Shown: positions 1 to 12,648 of the stretch, piece by piece
Position numbering within the stretch: the first letter of the stretch is position 1
Layout of the letters: the number at the start of each line of letters is the position of its first letter
Notes under the pieces: model-generated
What the model saw: the letters and a program-made list of their open reading frames with translations, nothing else
Database searches by the model: none
Told to the model about the DNA's origin: nothing
DNA from: Eledone cirrhosa
Lineage: Eukaryota
Length of the DNA: 64,000 bases
Assembly (NCBI GenBank): GCA_964016885.1
Contig: OZ024741.1
Location: 364,994,001 to 365,058,000, forward strand
Direction of reading: 5' to 3'
Program-made: the position numbers and the translations under genes

Positions 1-907
1 AACATTCTATAGAGGGCTGGTACGCAGCAGGTGCGACGACGCCCTCGGAGAAGCCCTAGACATGGAGGAGGACGAACTGGCCAGCCTGTTCGGTAGGACA
101 TTCAGCCCGGGACCTATGGACAACTTCCAGAAGTCCCTGGCCTGGCAGTGCTACCGAGGGGCTTTACCCGTTCGAGAAAGGCTCTACAGACACGGGCGCC
201 CGGGTAGGGACCCCGCCAAAAAGATCTGTCCCAGATGCGTGTGCGACGAGGAAACCGTTGCACACGCATTAGTACACTGCTCGGGCGTAGCCGATCTGTG
301 GGGCTATGTCGAACAACTGCTGTCAAGGGTGGGACCGATCCGGTTGACCACCGAGTCTATTGTAATGATCAAGCCGCCTCCCCCCTTCAAAGATGAAGCA
401 GAGGCGGTGTTTCTGTGCGTAATAGCCATGGCGAAAGAGGTTGTATGGTGGACGCGTCTGAAAGGACTGAGGTCGGGCACCTTTCTCTCTGGCCAACAAC
501 TGGTCCGTTTCTTCCGATATCATTTCGGAAGAAGGATCAGGATGGAGAGAGAGGTGCTGCACCCCAGCCGTTTCTATGAAAGATGGGTGAAAGTGGCGAG
601 AATGGCCCGTGTGAATGGGCCTTCACTCTACATCAGACTATAGGTGAGGAAGATGAAAGACCAAGGGAGCACCCCTTCTCTGTGCTCCTGAGGAGTAGGG
701 TTGCACACTTTTTTCGGGGGTGTGTGCGACCCCCCAAGGCGCCTCCTCTCTATTCAGGATTTTGTTAAAAATTTTATTTTTTGTTATATCTTATTTTATT
801 TTTATATTTTGTTATTGCCTTCTCCTTATTGAGGACGCCTTTTTGTGTAAACTCCCCCCTTTGTACTTGTCCCACTTTTGATGCCCTAGTGGCAAATAAA
901 AGAAATA
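1..907 (+). mobile_element. Tx1-clade LINE copy A, 3' part (ORF2 C-terminus with CPRC..H...HC zinc motif, 3'UTR, AATAAA); continues beyond window start
   Basis: ORF 62..643 is the same as the C-terminus of ORF 1011..2939 (offset 2296); ends GTGGCAAATAAAAGAAA before (TATC)n. Confidence 0.93.

Positions 908-1005
<98 letters not shown>
908..1005. repeat. (TATC)n microsatellite: tail of copy A and insertion site of copy B
   Basis: About 24 TATC units read directly. Confidence 0.98.
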
Positions 1006-3204
1006 CGCTAGTGAGGAAGGACGAGAACAAGGGGGACGAAATAAGTAACTTCAGGCCCATAACACTGCTAAATACAGAGTTACAGATTTTGGCCAAGGTG
1101 CTAGCAAAGAGGTTGGCGCTTGTCGTGGGCAACCTGGTGGGAGATGCGCAGACATGCGCTATCCCGTCCAGGTCCATCCATGACAACCTCCACCTCATGC
1201 GATACATCATAGAGAGGGTTGGGAACGAACCCGGCTTTGGTGGGGCTCTGATCAACTTGGATCAATCTAAGGCGTTCGATAGGGTCGACCATGGTTACCT
1301 GGATGCGGTGCTAGCGGCGGCAGGCTTCGGACCCGTTTTCAGGGGCTGGATCACTGCTATGCACAGCAGCCGCATCTGCTCTAGGGTCAAGGTGAACGGC
1401 TACCTCTCGGAGCCGTTCAAAATCGCGCGGTCCATCCGACAAGGGTGCCCTCTCTCCTCCCTTCTGTATGTATTGACTCTCGAGCCACTACTGCGGAAGT
1501 TGGAGTTGTTGCAGGGCATCCCTTTGGAACCGGGATTGCGGAAAGCGGTGTCGGCCTACGCCGATGACGTGACAGTAATGGTGTCGACGGCCTCCGAAAT
1601 CGAGGCGGTCGGCACCTTACTGGAGGAGTACGAAAAGTTCACAGGGGCTAAGCTGAACCGGGACAAGTCGATCGGTTTGCAACTCGGCACGTGGAGGGGC
1701 AGACCGATGCCCTCCGATAGCGTCGTCGGACGCTGGACGGAGGGCCCGGTGAAGTTGCTCGGGGTCTGGTTCGGACCGGACCTCCAGGTGGAGAAAAACT
1801 GGGCGGAGGTTACGAACAGAGTGTTTGCACTGACCCAGAAGTGGGCCAGTTGCAAACTATCCCTGAAAGGTCGGGCGGAGGTGGCGAACACCTACATAGC
1901 GTCCGTCATCTACTACCGCCTGACCGTAGTGCCCTGCCCAAGGGAAACCCTCACCAAGATGGAGCGCGCGCTCTTCCAATTCCTTTGGAAGAGGCGGGCT
2001 CCTATGGTGAGGAGATCCATCTGCTGTCAACACCCTTCGAAAGGAGGGCTGGGGATGCCGTGGCTAATGATGCGTAAACACGCATTAAGGCTACGGCACC
2101 TCTACGTATTCCTCACCGGACAACCGGTGTGGGCCTCGTTTGTGAGACGAACCTTTCCCAGACTCGTCTCACTCACCGAGCTGCAATCCTGGGTCAAGCA
2201 AAGACCGAGAAAACTGGGCGCCTGGCACACTGAGTGTGCCCAGGCGCTCACCGCCCTCTGGCAGGCGGATCCGGTTATCAGTGGAGACTCCACCGCAACA
2301 TTCTATAGAGGGCTGGTACGCAGCAGGTGCGACGACGCCCTCGGAGAAGCCCTAGACATGGAGGAGGACGAACTGGCCAGCCTGTTCGGTAGGACATTCA
2401 GCCCGGGACCTATGGACAACTTCCAGAAGTCCCTGGCCTGGCAGTGCTACCGAGGGGCTTTACCCGTTCGAGAAAGGCTCTACAGACACGGGCGCCCGGG
2501 TAGGGACCCCGCCAAAAAGATCTGTCCCAGATGCGTGTGCGACGAGGAAACCGTTGCACACGCATTAGTACACTGCTCGGGCGTAGCCGATCTGTGGGGC
2601 TATGTCGAACAACTGCTGTCAAGGGTGGGACCGATCCGGTTGACCACCGAGTCTATTGTAATGATCAAGCCGCCTCCCCCCTTCAAAGATGAAGCAGAGG
2701 CGGTGTTTCTGTGCGTAATAGCCATGGCGAAAGAGGTTGTATGGTGGACGCGTCTGAAAGGACTGAGGTCGGGCACCTTTCTCTCTGGCCAACAACTGGT
2801 CCGTTTCTTCCGATATCATTTCGGAAGAAGGATCAGGATGGAGAGAGAGGTGCTGCACCCCAGCCGTTTCTATGAAAGATGGGTGAAAGTGGCGAGAATG
2901 GCCCGTGTGAATGGGCCTTCACTCTACATCAGACTATAGGTGAGGAAGATGAAAGACCAAGGGAGCACCCCTTCTCTGTGCTCCTGAGGAGAAGGGTTGC
3001 ACACTTTTTTCGGGGGTGTGTGCGACCCCCCAAGGCGCCTCCTCTCTATTGAGGATTTTGTTAAAAATTTTATTTTTTGTTATATCTTATTTTATTTTTA
3101 TATTTTGTTATTGCCTCCTCCTTATTGAGGACGCCTTTTTGTGTAAACTCCCCCCTTTGTACTTGTCCCACTTTTGATGCCCTAGTGGCAAATAAAAGAA
3201 ATAT
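1006..3204 (+). mobile_element. Tx1-clade LINE copy B, 5'-truncated at the RT start, remaining ORF uninterrupted
   Basis: Starts immediately after (TATC)n; 3'UTR nearly identical to copy A; short TATC tail 3204-3215. Confidence 0.94.
1011..2939 (+). CDS. Tx1/L1-type ORF2 fragment: reverse transcriptase + C-terminal zinc finger (no native start; endonuclease missing)
   Basis: Motifs NFRPITLLN, LDQSKAFDRV, IRQGCPLS, AYADDV, KLLGV, KGGLG, CPRC..EETVAHALVHC. Confidence 0.95.
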   Translation: MRKDENKGDEISNFRPITLLNTELQILAKVLAKRLALVVGNLVGDAQTCAIPSRSIHDNLHLMRYIIERVGNEPGFGGALINLDQSKAFDRVDHGYLDAVLAAAGFGPVFRGWITAMHSSRICSRVKVNGYLSEPFKIARSIRQGCPLSSLLYVLTLEPLLRKLELLQGIPLEPGLRKAVSAYADDVTVMVSTASEIEAVGTLLEEYEKFTGAKLNRDKSIGLQLGTWRGRPMPSDSVVGRWTEGPVKLLGVWFGPDLQVEKNWAEVTNRVFALTQKWASCKLSLKGRAEVANTYIASVIYYRLTVVPCPRETLTKMERALFQFLWKRRAPMVRRSICCQHPSKGGLGMPWLMMRKHALRLRHLYVFLTGQPVWASFVRRTFPRLVSLTELQSWVKQRPRKLGAWHTECAQALTALWQADPVISGDSTATFYRGLVRSRCDDALGEALDMEEDELASLFGRTFSPGPMDNFQKSLAWQCYRGALPVRERLYRHGRPGRDPAKKICPRCVCDEETVAHALVHCSGVADLWGYVEQLLSRVGPIRLTTESIVMIKPPPPFKDEAEAVFLCVIAMAKEVVWWTRLKGLRSGTFLSGQQLVRFFRYHFGRRIRMEREVLHPSRFYERWVKVARMARVNGPSLYIRL

Positions 3205-3417
3205 ATCTATCTATCTCGGAGAAGATAGACGTGTTTTTGTTTCGCTCCTGCATGTCGGAATTTATTACGAGAAGCGGTAGGTTTGTTTAAGTAACTTGTT
3301 ATTTGTTGTGTTTAAACCCTCGCCTAGGCCTGCAGACGTTGGGTAAAATAAATTTCGCCCCTTTTTGGGGCGAAATTTAATAGTTATAAGTTGTCGATAA
3401 AAAGTCGTTTAGTGACA

Positions 3418-5094
3418 ATGGCGCCATTAATACGACGCATGCTCCCCCCCCCCCCCAGGAAAGTGATAGAGCGAAGGTAGCAGAACAACGCTGTAAGCCT
3501 TCCCTCCTCACTCCCGCAAAAGACACCACGGAATCAAAATAAAAAATTGTGGAAATGGGTGAAAACCCCAAAAGTAACAATTACACAAACAAGAACAACA
3601 ATGACAATAACAACACAACCAACAACAGCAACAATGACAATAACAACACAACCAACAACAGCAATAATGACAACACCAACAAAGGAAAAAAGCAAGCCAA
3701 CACGAATAACAACAACAATGATAACAACACGAAAGAAAACAGACCCACAGCCGCAGTCTCCTTCGCACAGGCAGTCCGAGAAACGCAGACATACAAGGCA
3801 CTGGACATCTCGAATGCCAAGAAATTGCTGAAAGAAGCAAGGAATTGTGTAAATTTCGGGGAAGGTGGGGAATTCACAATTACCTCCCCCGAAGAAATTA
3901 GAAGGGACCCAGTCCTCAGGACCGTAATCTATAGAGGACAGTTTCGAACACGACTAGGAAACCGGCTCAGTTGTCCCAAAGCGAAATTGAGCTGGTCCTA
4001 AGTAGTGCCTGGAAGGAATTCGCTTTCATACAGAAAGGGAAACTGTATGGAAGCATATCTGTTTTAATGCAAGATGAATTGGCGGCACGGAAATATTCTG
4101 TGTCGCCAATTGTATCCAAAGCATACACCTTTTTCCCCACATATTTGGGGAAAATAACTCAAAAGATAAGAATCTCGGGCATCAGGCCAAATGCGAGCAT
4201 TTGGTGAGTGGTAATGGGATTCTTAGAAGATGAGGACACAATGCTTTCGATAGGCGAATCCACCGCGGGCGTATTCGGCGGCAATAGCCTTGAAGTTCTG
4301 GTCCAAATGAGACCAGAACGGATAGTAAGAATACCGCAGCGTGTGTCCCTGGATGGAGTCGCCTTCATAAATATTTCTGTTGAGGGCAGGCGGCCTTCAT
4401 GCTAACACTGTTCAAGAAGTGGTCACCTGAGGGCTTCCTGTCCCCTTTTCTATGCCCCCCCCCAAAAAAAGTCACCCAGTGACGACGAGGGAGAACCCTT
4501 TCAAACTGTAAAAGGAAAGAAAAGAAGGCACCACATTAACAAAAATGCAATAATCACACAACCACCAGTACAAACAGAACAAACATCACAAACAAAAAAA
4601 CCAACCCCTCCCGAAAACATAACACATACTACAAAACGCAAACAAACACGAGAACAACAAACAAAAACAAACACAACACAACAAAAACAGTATACATACA
4701 TCAACACAAACAACAAAACACTTGTGCAAACAATAGACAAAGACCCTTCGGTGGAAACCGAAGGGAAAATGTTCACCAACGCGGCGACTAAACCGCATTT
4801 AAAAATGATTAGGGTCCCAAGATACACCTACGCAATGCTCAAACAGAACTTTCCCGAAGACGTGGGGAACCCCTGTACTAGACCTAGCAACCGCGTCCTC
4901 TTGAAATGTTTCCCCACCACCACCCCAGAAACCCTCCCCCACCAAACACCCCCACTCAACCACACACAGATGTCCCCACCACCCCACCAAACAACCCGCC
5001 GACACCCCCATGGAAATTGTGCAGCCTGGTCCCCAGGAGAAGGACAGGTAGGTGTCTTTTCCTTTTTCTCCACTCTAAACTCTTCACCACCAAC
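3418..5094 (+). pseudogene. Tx1 ORF1 (gag-like) with Asn-rich N-terminus and CCHC knuckle, disrupted
   Basis: ATG at 3418; VSFAQAVR; VEGRRPSC*HCSRSGHLRASC at 4400-4441; homologous to copy E ORF1; end boundary approximate. Confidence 0.8.
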
Positions 5095-8000
5095 ATGGCT
5101 GTTATAAGAGTTGGATGTTTAAATGTGCGCGGCCTGGAAGCAGGGCAAACTCTTAAATGACTTCAGGTCGCACAAAATGGATGTGATAGCTATTTGCGAG
5201 TCCAGGATCAGCAGCGAGCACCAACTGGCCCCCATCTTCGACGACTTTGAGATCTAACACCTGGACTCGCAACACGGAAGGTACACCTGGACCCAGAGGG
5301 TCGACTGGTGGTTCTAGACGTAGGCAGTAGTGAAGATGGAGCTTTCAGGCTGGTGGAAGTGTATGCCCCAACTGGGACACCACGACCGGACTTCTCCAAC
5401 GCCTAGAGACTTTTCTGGGAACGTCTCGCTCCTTGCTTTTAGTGGGGGACTGGAATGTTATCCTGGATGCACGTTGGGACTATGTAGGGGCATCTCCCGA
5501 TAGAGGGGGTGTAACAGCCTCGAACGGTTAATTGGCCGATTTGATCTGGCAGATAGATATCGACTAGATTTTCCGACTGTGCCACTGTGGACGTGGACTA
5601 ATCGTAGCGGAACATCTAGTTAGAAATAAGGATAGGGACATATTAAGCTGTCCACGAATGTTCATGGTTGACTATTCGGATCACAAGTTGGTGACTGGAG
5701 TGGTCAACATTGATAGAACCCTACAGACAAGGTCCCGGTTACTGGAAGCTAAATTTGTCCTTACCGACAAACAAAGCTTACAGTAAGCAGATTAGCACTC
5801 TAGTTAAGCAGCGGTTGGCGGGGGAAATTGTCAGCAGCAGGTGGTGGGGCTCTCCAAAGAGAGAAATTAGAATAGAATCGATAGGTTTTAGTCAGGAATT
5901 AGCATCAGATAGGAATAGAACTGAAAGAGAATTGATAGATAGAGTAGAAGAGGCGATTAGGAGTGGCAACGTGGCCCGCGCCTGGCGTCAAGAACGGCCC
6001 TAGACCAGTTCTTTGACGCGGAGCACGTGGGTTGTGTTGTCAGGAGTAAAATACGTGATCTGGGTAACGAGGGAGCCAAAGCTGTTAGCTGGGTCCGAGT
6101 GGCAGAGGCAAAAAGTGGAAACAAGTCCACGATTCGGTCTTTGAAGGACCAGGATGGACGCGTGATCCTTGAACGTGAGCGGATGTGCGCAGCCTTTCAA
6201 CGGCACTTCGCACGACTGTTCGGTAGGGGTGGCGGGCCGGGTGAGGCCATGGATTTCGGTCCATACCTCGACAATCTGCCGCTGTTCTCGGACGGGGGGG
6301 GGGGGGGGGGGGGCGTCGTTAGAAAGGCCGATTTCAGCCGCTGAAAAAGGGGAAGCGCTGAGCCAATGCGGCAAACGCAAATTTCCCGGTCTCGATGATC
6401 TACCATACGAACTTTTTGTAGCGATGCCGGACTTGTTCTCCGATCTCCTCGAGGTGGTCTACTGCAACTGGCAACAGAACGGGAGAATTTCCAGTTCTGT
6501 GACCAAGTTCGTAGTCACGCTGGTGAGGAAGGACGAAAAGAAGGGGGAGGACATAGATAACTTCAGGCCCATAACTCTGCTAAACACAGAGTTAAAGATT
6601 TTGGCCAAGGTGTTAGCGAAGAGGTTGGCGCTTTTCGTCGGGAACCTGGTGGGAGAAGCGCAGACATGCGCAATCCCGTCCAGGTCCATACACGACAACC
6701 TCCACCTCATGCGATACATCGTAGAGAGGGTAGGGAACGAACCCGGCTTTGGTGGGGCCCTGATCAACTTGGATCAATCTAAGGCGTTCGATAGGGTCGA
6801 CCATCGGTACCTGGATGCGGTGCTCGCGACGGCAGGCTTCGGACCCGTTTTCAGGGGCTGGATTGCTGCAATGCACAGCAGCAACACCTGCTTGAGGGTC
6901 AAGGTGAACGGCTGCCTCTCGGAGCCGTTCCAACTCGCGCGATCCATCCAACAGGGATGCCCTCTCTCCTTCCTTCTGTATGTGCTGGCTGCTCTCGAGC
7001 CATTACTGCGGAAGTTGGAGCTGTTACAGGGAATACCCTTGGAACCGGGATTGCGGAAAGCGGTGTCGGCCTACGCCGATAACGTGACAGTAATGGTGTC
7101 GTGCGCCTCGGAAATCGGGCAGATCGGCACCTTACTGGAGGAATACGAAAGGTTTACAGGAGCCAAGCTGAACGGGGACAAGTCCGTCGGTTTGCAACTC
7201 GGAACGTGGGGAGGCAAACCGATGCCCTCCGACGGAGTCGTCGGACACTGGGCGGAGGGACCGGTGAAATTGCTCGGGGTCTGGTTCAGACCGGACCTTC
7301 AGGTGGAGAAAAACTGGGACGAGGTAACGGCAGGGTGTTTGCACTCGCCCAGAAGTGGGCCGAGTGCAAACTATCCCTGAAAGGTTGAGCGGAGGTGGCG
7401 AACACTTATATAGCGTCCGTCATCTACTACCGCTTGACTGTCGTGCCTTGCCCAGCGAAAACGCTCGCCAAAGTGGAGCGCGCGCTCTTCCGATTCCTTT
7501 GGAGGAAGCGGGTCCCTTTGGTGAGAAGATCCATCTGCTGTCAACACCCTTCGAACGGAGGGCTGGGGATGTTGTGGCTGACGATGCGTAGACACGCATT
7601 AAGTCTACGGCACCTCCAGGTATTCTTCACCGGTCAGCCGGTGTGGCCCCTATTGTGAGTCGAGATTTCCGAGACTCGTCTCACTCACCGAGCAGCAATC
7701 CTGGGTCAAGCAAAGACCGAGAAAAGTGGGCGACTGGCACATTGAATGTGCCCAGGCGCTGACGGCCCTCTGGCAAGCGGATCCGGCAATCACCGGAGAC
7801 TAAACCTCAACATTCTATAGAGGGTTGGTGCGCAGCAAGTGCGGCGACACTCTCGGAGAGGCTCTGGGCATGGAGGAAGACGAGCTAGCCAGTCTGTTCG
7901 GTAGGATGTTTGGCCCGGGACCTATGGACAACTTCCAAAAGTCCCTGGCTTGGCAGTGCTACCGAGGAGCTCTACCCGTTCGGGACAAGCTCTACAGACA

Positions 8001-8447
8001 CGGGGCCCGGGTAGGGACCCCTCGAAGAAGATCTGTCCGAGATGCGTGCGTGACGAGGAAACCGTCGCGCACGCATTCGTATACTGCCCGGGCGTTGCTG
8101 ACCTGTGGGGATATGTGGAACGACTACTGTAGCCGGTGGGACCAATCCGGTTGACCACCGAGTCCATTGTTACGTCAAACCGCCTCCCCCTTTCAAAAAC
8201 GAAGGAGAGGCGATTTTCCTCTCTGTGATAGCTATGGCAAAAGAGGTTGTATGGTGGACAAGGTTGAAAGGGCTGAGGTCAGACACTTTTCTCTACGGTC
8301 AACAACTGGTCCTTTTTTTCAAGTACCATTTTAGAAGAATGATCAGAATGGAGAGAGAGGTGCTGTACCCCAAAGTTTATGAAAGGTGAGTGAAAGTGGC
8401 GAGAATGGCCCGAGTGAATGGGCTTTCTCTCTATATCAGCCTGTAGG
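5095..8447 (+). pseudogene. Tx1 ORF2 (APE endonuclease-RT-zinc finger), disrupted
   Basis: MAVIRVGCLNVRGL start; GDWN, SDHKLV, GPGYWKLN and RT motifs spread over shifted frames. Confidence 0.9.
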
Positions 8448-8698
8448 TGAGAGAGGAGAAGAAGGAGGAGAGGAAGGGAGCACCCGCTCTTTGTGCTCCT
8501 GAGGAGGAGGGTTGCACATTTATTTCGTCGGTGTGTGTGACCCACGTCAACGCCCCCTTCCCTATTGAGGACTTCGATTGTCGAATTTGATTTGTTATAT
8601 GTTTTTACACGTCCTTTGAAATGTATGTAAACTTCCCCCTTTGTATTTGTCCCAATCTTTGATGCCCTGGTGGCAAATAAATAGAAAATTATCTATCT

Positions 8699-9385
8699 AC
8701 GCCCTGGTAGGGATCCTGCCAAAAGGACGTGTCCAAGATGCGAGCAGGACAATGAAACCGTTCTGCACGCAATTGTTCAGTGCGCAGTGGTGGCAGACCT
8801 GTGGAATTATGTCGAACAGCTACTCTCCCGCATGGGACGCAACCAGTTGTCAGCCGAGTCCATCAAGCTGATCACCCCGCCGCCTTCAGTTAAGAATGAA
8901 GGAGAGGCGGTTTTCCTGTGTCTAGTGGCTATGGCGAAGAGGTAATATGGTGGACGAGGTTAAAAGGACTGAGGGAAAACACCTTCCTCTCCGGACAACA
9001 ACTCATCCCTTCTTTAAGTACCACTTCAGAAGGAAGGTGAGTGTGGAGAGAGAGAGAGAGAGAGGTGCTACACCCAAGTAAATTCGCTGAAAGGTGGGTG
9101 AATGTGGCGAAAATGGCCCGAGTGTATATAAACCTATAGGTTGAGGAAGACAAAAAGAGGGATGACGGGAACACCTACGAAACGTGTTCCTGGTGTTGAT
9201 GGTTGTTCTATATACGAGGTGTAAAAGAACCACGCAGTTACGTTCCCCCCTTTTGGGGATTTCGATTGTTATTATATTTTATATATAATTTATTGTTATT
9301 CATTAATGTTATATGATTTTTATGTAAAACCCGCCGTCGCGTCTTGTAATATCCCATTTTTGTACGCCCTTGTGGCAAATAAAGA

Positions 9386-9430
<45 letters not shown>
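8699..9430 (+). mobile_element. Tx1 copy D, 3' fragment (different 3'UTR variant) with (TATC)n tail 9386-9430
   Basis: Homology to ORF2 C-terminus; GTGGCAAATAAAG then TATC repeats. Confidence 0.88.
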
Positions 9431-9431
<1 letters not shown>

Positions 9432-11289
9432 ATATATATATACAATTCATAAATATAATTTTGTTGTAGCTTGGTGAAGAAACTGAATATAGCTTATTTC
9501 AATAGTAAAACAAACGTACTTTTAGCAATAATTGCAACAGCGTAAACTTGTTAAATCTATTATTCGTGTTTTCCCCGATCCAGTAACGGATATGTAAAAT
9601 TTATTTTTCATTTGGTTTGACTTTACCTCTAGGTAAATAAATTATAGGTACATATATTACTTTCCAGCGGCAGGACATTGCTGTTTCATTATATAAAATC
9701 TGAAAAGATGTGAGTTTCTCATTATAATCTCATTATAGTTTCTCATTATAATCTCATTATAATCTCGCGCAAATCTCACGTTTCTCGGCAGTAATAGTAA
9801 TATCCTGATATACGGAAAATATATTGACCAATAAAGTATCATGCTAAGAGCTTTAAGTTAGTAAACTCATGATAATGATCGAAAAAAAAAAAAGAAAGAA
9901 ATCCAATGATTTTGGAAAGTAACGACTATACCTTATATAATATAATATACATGATGTTCTAGATTTTATCGAAAAATTAATGACGATAGATCCTTCGTCG
10001 GTTTTAGTAAGGTGCATATTCAATGTTTCGACCGACTGAATGTCTAGCTCATGGATTTATGTGTAAGTAGGTTGAGCATTCCACGTGATAAAATATATAC
10101 CAAAGCTGGACTTTTGAAGTACAATTCATCTGACGGACTTCTACACGGTTTTTGTGCATGTGTTCATTTTAACTGACAAGACTGAATCGATCACTTAGTA
10201 ATGGCTGCTTCAACAGTAGCAATGATATTGTGACTGTTCATATTAACTTGAATATCAATAGGCTGATACATGAAGGGCAAAAGCTTGAAAAACAACAGAA
10301 TAAGAGAGGACTGTAAAATAGGCAGGAAAATCTGAAGGAAATGTAGAATGCAAAATTTAGAAGGCAGGAAAAGTATAGGTGATGAACATAGAAGTACGGA
10401 CATCAGGTCAACTTGGAGAGAGATAATATGCCACTTGTTTGTTCAGATTTGTAGTCGCGTTAAATTGGCACAATTGTTAAGGCGTCGGATTAAAAGAAAA
10501 ATTGCCTCAGCATTTGTTCACAGCACTCTGAGTTCAAACATCACCGAGGTCAATTTTAACTTTCATCCGTTCAGGATCGTTAAAGCAGTACCAGTCCAAG
10601 AGTCGTGTATTGGCAAACCCTCTGTGCATTTTAAGTTGAAAGAACTCGTGCTTCCTGCCAGGCTTTACGACCGGCATATAGTAACAGCAGTGGGGAAAAA
10701 AACAAAAACGATGGAAACATTGTTTTCTTGGTCAAACATGACGAACGGCTTCTTTGATTTTGTTTTTCTAAAGTTGGCATTGTATTAAATAGAACCTAAT
10801 AAATATCATGACAAATTTAACAGACGAATAATACTTGAATATTCCTTCTAACTGAATCTACTGATGCCTTCTCCAGCTTTTAGTGGTATTTTGGAACTAA
10901 TGCTGTCTGCTTAATCACAATTATTTATTTTAAAGAATGGAACAGAAGGAGACTTAACTATGGAGGCTATGCTTTTACAACCTGAGTAAATACAATTATA
11001 GCAAGGATAATTGTCAGTCGATATAAATACGTTACAAACATACAGTTGGTTGTTGTAATAATATTATTAGCGGTCGATTTGGTAATATTGTGAGAGAACA
11101 AAAATTAATAAAGCTGAGCGTGGCTTATTTTTTTTTTCTTTCAGCTTATTTCCATTGCTCTTTTGTGACATTGAGCTGGAAATAAATACAGAACGGTAAA
11201 TAGAATTTAATATTCAGCTTTTCTTTCATATCGACCAAATATTTTATTGCTATATATTGAATGGGTTAGAAAGATCTCGAGTGACAAAG

Positions 11290-11378
11290 AAGTAGAACAG
11301 AGGAAGATAGATGGAGAAAGAGGGAGAACAAAAGAGAGAGGGAGAGAGAAAGAGAGAGGTAGGGGGAGAGAGAAAGAC

Positions 11379-11442
<64 letters not shown>

Positions 11443-11526
11443 TACAAGCAAAAGAATCAAGAAAAGAGGAAAGTAGAAAAATGGGAGTGAAAACTACACA
11501 CACACACAGACTCACACAGACTCTCT

Positions 11527-11559
<33 letters not shown>

Positions 11560-11586
11560 GTATATATTCAATATCTATATCTATAC

Positions 11587-11643
<57 letters not shown>
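11290..11643. repeat. Compound (GA)n/(CA)n/(TA)n microsatellite block
   Basis: Direct reading. Confidence 0.95.
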
Positions 11644-11648
<5 letters not shown>

Positions 11649-12217
11649 CGGGTAAAATTCCCGAGATCCTTGGACGAGTTCTCTTCAGCGGTCTCTGTCC
11701 CTCATTATCGCTGCCATGTCCTGCGTCTCCAACAGACCAGTGTCTGTCCTTAGGGCATCAACATACGTTAATCTTGGTCTTCCTCTTCCAGTGTGTCCAT
11801 GTAGGGGCTCTCACAGGAGCACTGAGTGCAATGTCAACTCTGGATGTCGGTGACCATGTCCAGCTAACCTCAGTCTCCTCTGTGTCACTTTTGAGCTGAC
11901 TTTTGGGAGGCTCCCATACAGCTCTGAGGATGAACAACTCAGAGCTGTATGGGAGCCTCCCAAAAGTCAGCTCAAAAGTGACACAGAGGAGACTGAGGTT
12001 AGCTGGACATGGTCACCGACATCCAGAGTTGACATTGCACTCAGTGCTCCTGTGAGAGCCCCTACATGGACACACTGGAAGAGGAAGACCAAGATTAACG
12101 TATGTTGATGCCCTAAGGACAGACACTGGTCTGTTGGAGACGCAGGACATGGCAGCGATAATGAGGGACAGAGACCGCTGAAGAGAACTCGTCCAAGGAT
12201 CTCGGGAATTTTACCCG

Positions 12218-12222
<5 letters not shown>
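11644..12222. mobile_element. Palindromic RTE-clade LINE 3' end: arms 11644-11928 (-) and 11938-12222 (+), 9-bp spacer
   Basis: Arms are reverse complements (ORFs 11558+ and 11967- end in the same peptide); + arm encodes LAGHGHRHPE..GRGRPRLTYVD and matches 60932-61217. Confidence 0.92.
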
Positions 12223-12316
<94 letters not shown>

Positions 12317-12451
12317 AGTTATATATATATATATATAAAGAATTAATATCTAGTAACATACATATACATACAGATGCATTTCAATGCTAGCAAATATATA
12401 GGTTTTGTCTTAGTAACTTTGTGGTTCAATGCATGGGGTTGCAGAACAATA

Positions 12452-12648
12452 ATATGAGAGACGTAAAATAAGAAAATTATAAAATTAACTTACTTACTAA
12501 AATTTCACTCCCAACTAATTAGTTTCTGAAATGGAATAAATATACTTTCCGAAGAAAATATTGAGAAGCATTTCGTCGTCAGGGAAGACTATTAGTTGGG
12601 AGTGAAATTTTAGTAAGTAAGTTAATTTTATAATTTTCTTATTTTACG

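Larger units (their letters stand above)
3216..8689 (+). mobile_element. Tx1-clade LINE copy C, full-length but decayed (5'UTR, ORF1, ORF2, 3'UTR)
   Basis: ORF1 and APE-RT-ZnF ORF2 fragments in order, with stops and frameshifts; bounded by TATC repeats; ends GTGGCAAATAAA. Confidence 0.92.

Noticed and set aside
995-1891. Recurrent antisense ORFs over the Tx1 RT (e.g. MIRAPPKPG..)
   Set aside because: Shadows of the GC-rich sense frame, repeated only because the element is repeated.
9518-9700. Minus-strand peptide ISVTGSGKT (P-loop-like) and a 39-nt AG..GT candidate exon (ILYNETAMSCRWK)
   Set aside because: The frame stops after a few codons, there is no second motif, and such matches arise by chance; needs RNA-seq.
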